Positions 62,227 through 63,556 of a stretch of 63,556 nucleotides of DNA are shown here, in pieces. Position 1 is the stretch's first letter. Every line of letters begins with the position of its first letter. The stretch covers positions 1 to 63,556 of the forward strand of contig JBBRWZ010000003.1 of NCBI GenBank assembly GCA_038248895.1, given 5' to 3'. Origin of the DNA: Candidatus Limnocylindria bacterium. GTDB lineage: Bacteria; Chloroflexota; Limnocylindria; QHBO01. The notes beneath the pieces are model-generated. The model had not been told where the DNA came from. It saw only the letters and a list, made by a program, of their open reading frames with translations, and ran no database searches. The position numbers were made by a program, and so were the translations under genes.

Positions 62227-62837
62227 GCCGCATCGGTCTGCTGGGCGGCACGTTCGACCCGCCGCACATCGGCCATCTGTGGCTGGCCACCCTCGCCCGC
62301 GACATCCTGGGGCTTGAGCGGGTGCTCGTCATTCCGGCGGCACGCCCGCCGCACAAGCTGGGCGTACCCATGAGCTCCGTTGACGACCGCCTGGCGCTGG
62401 TGCGCGCGGCGATCGCGGACGACCCCACGCTCGAGCTCTCGACCGTCGAGCTCGAGCGCGATGGGCCGAGCTACACCGTCGATACCGTCGCCGCGCTGCG
62501 GGAGACGCTGCCGACGGCGAACGAGCCGGTGCTGATCATGGCCGCCGACGCGCTGGCGGGGATCGACACCTGGCGCGAACCCGAGCGGCTGCTGGCAATG
62601 GTCGAATGGGCGGTTGGTCCACGGCCGGGAACGGCGCGGCCGGATGGCGAGGCGCTGCGTGCGCGGTTCGGTGCCGCCGCCGAGCGGATTCACCTCCTCG
62701 ACGGTCCCTCGCTCGACGTTGCAGCCACCGAGATCCGCGCCCGGGTGGCGTCCGGCAGGGCCATCCGGTACCTTGTGCCACGACGCGTGGAAGAGGAGAT
62801 CACCGCGCGCGGCCTGTACCTCGGAGACGCACCCTGA
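62223..62837 (+). CDS. nadD: Nicotinate-nucleotide adenylyltransferase
   Basis: GGTFDPPHIGH, PPHK, SYTVDT. Confidence 0.95.
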   Translation: MSRIGLLGGTFDPPHIGHLWLATLARDILGLERVLVIPAARPPHKLGVPMSSVDDRLALVRAAIADDPTLELSTVELERDGPSYTVDTVAALRETLPTANEPVLIMAADALAGIDTWREPERLLAMVEWAVGPRPGTARPDGEALRARFGAAAERIHLLDGPSLDVAATEIRARVASGRAIRYLVPRRVEEEITARGLYLGDAP

Positions 62838-63211
62838 CCGACGCCAGCCCCCAGACCGTCGACCTGACCGATCCCGCCGAGCTGGCGCATCGGATCGTCG
62901 ATGTCGCGTCGGACAAGAAGGCGGCGGACGTCGTGCTGCTGCGGACGGCCGAGGTGACGACCATGGCCGACTACTTCGTCATCTGCTCCGGTCGCTCCGA
63001 GCGCCAGGTCTTCGCGCTCGCCGGTGCGATCGCCGACGAGCTGCGGGATGCGGGCGTCAAGCCGATGGGCCGCGAGGGCGCCGCAGCGGCGCGCTGGATC
63101 CTCCTCGACTACGGATCGGTGATCGTTCACGTCTTCGCCCCCGAGGAGCGTGCGTACTACGGCCTCGAGCGCCTCTGGAGCAACGCCGCGCAGGTCGTCC
63201 GCATCGTCTGA
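62834..63211 (+). CDS. rsfS: Ribosome silencing factor
   Basis: DKKAADV, DYFVICSG, WILLDYGSVIVHVF, YYGLERLW; apparent CTG start. Confidence 0.92.
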   Translation: MTDASPQTVDLTDPAELAHRIVDVASDKKAADVVLLRTAEVTTMADYFVICSGRSERQVFALAGAIADELRDAGVKPMGREGAAAARWILLDYGSVIVHVFAPEERAYYGLERLWSNAAQVVRIV

Positions 63212-63301
63212 CCGATCCCGCGCGGCCGGACCAACGTACTGGCCGGGTACCGGCGCACAGTCCTATTGAGCGCGAGCCGGACGGATCCCATCCTGCGGGC
63301 C

Positions 63302-63556
63302 ATGAACACCGCAGCGCCACGGGCGCACCAGGACGAGTCCTGCCGCTTCTGCAGCGGTTCGCTGCTCGCCAGCGTCTTCGATGCCACGTTCCGCGATCCG
63401 GTCGCCGAGGAGCGGCAGCTGTTCGCGATCCCCGGGGCGCTGTGCGTCCCCTGTCGTCAGCTGTACGTCGACCAGCAGCTGATTGGCATTCTGGGGCTGG
63501 CCGAGGCGCGCTGCACCTTCGCCATCGAGTCCGACCGCGTCCTCCGCGCCGGCGCC
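63302..63556 (+). CDS. Hypothetical zinc-finger protein (YgiT-type-like), runs off the window edge
   Basis: CRFC...IPGALCVPCRQLYVD; not in ORF track. Confidence 0.6.
   Translation, partial: MNTAAPRAHQDESCRFCSGSLLASVFDATFRDPVAEERQLFAIPGALCVPCRQLYVDQQLIGILGLAEARCTFAIESDRVLRAGA

Overview
High-GC bacterial window, probably Chloroflexota and possibly Ca. Limnocylindria-like (inferred from gene content and order, not verified). It has two halves. (1) About 1-30.8 kb is a mosaic surface-polysaccharide locus with frequent strand switches and more A/T-ending codons. It encodes four intact GT4s, one eroded GT4, two GT2s, a Wzz-like co-polymerase, a MurJ-type flippase, two AsnB-type proteins, an ATP-grasp/LMW-phosphatase fusion, three deacetylase-type enzymes and a secreted beta-helix protein. 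It also carries a CDP-sugar tailoring cassette (RfbF, RfbG-like, RfbC, C-methyltransferases, class III aminotransferase). The RfbF and C-methyltransferase each occur as a canonical copy plus a motif-degenerate copy, and the second AsnB-like protein lacks Cys1. cysS and a cNMP-binding gene are embedded in this locus. (2) About 30.8-63.5 kb looks like core genome: fabD-fabF-fabF, M20 peptidase, an ALDH-Rieske-membrane protein-MoaD/E fusion-SGNH operon, agmatinase, psuK-like/psuG, Na+/H+ antiporter, pyrG, a gluzincin, rho, amidase, M23, obgE-nadD-rsfS. It also holds several uncharacterised proteins (tandem genes sharing an unrecognised C-terminal domain, an internally duplicated protein, a 50-aa membrane protein) and two candidate structured RNAs. 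No tRNA, rRNA, CRISPR array, transposase or integrase was recognised. All calls rest on reading motifs by eye; no database searches were run.
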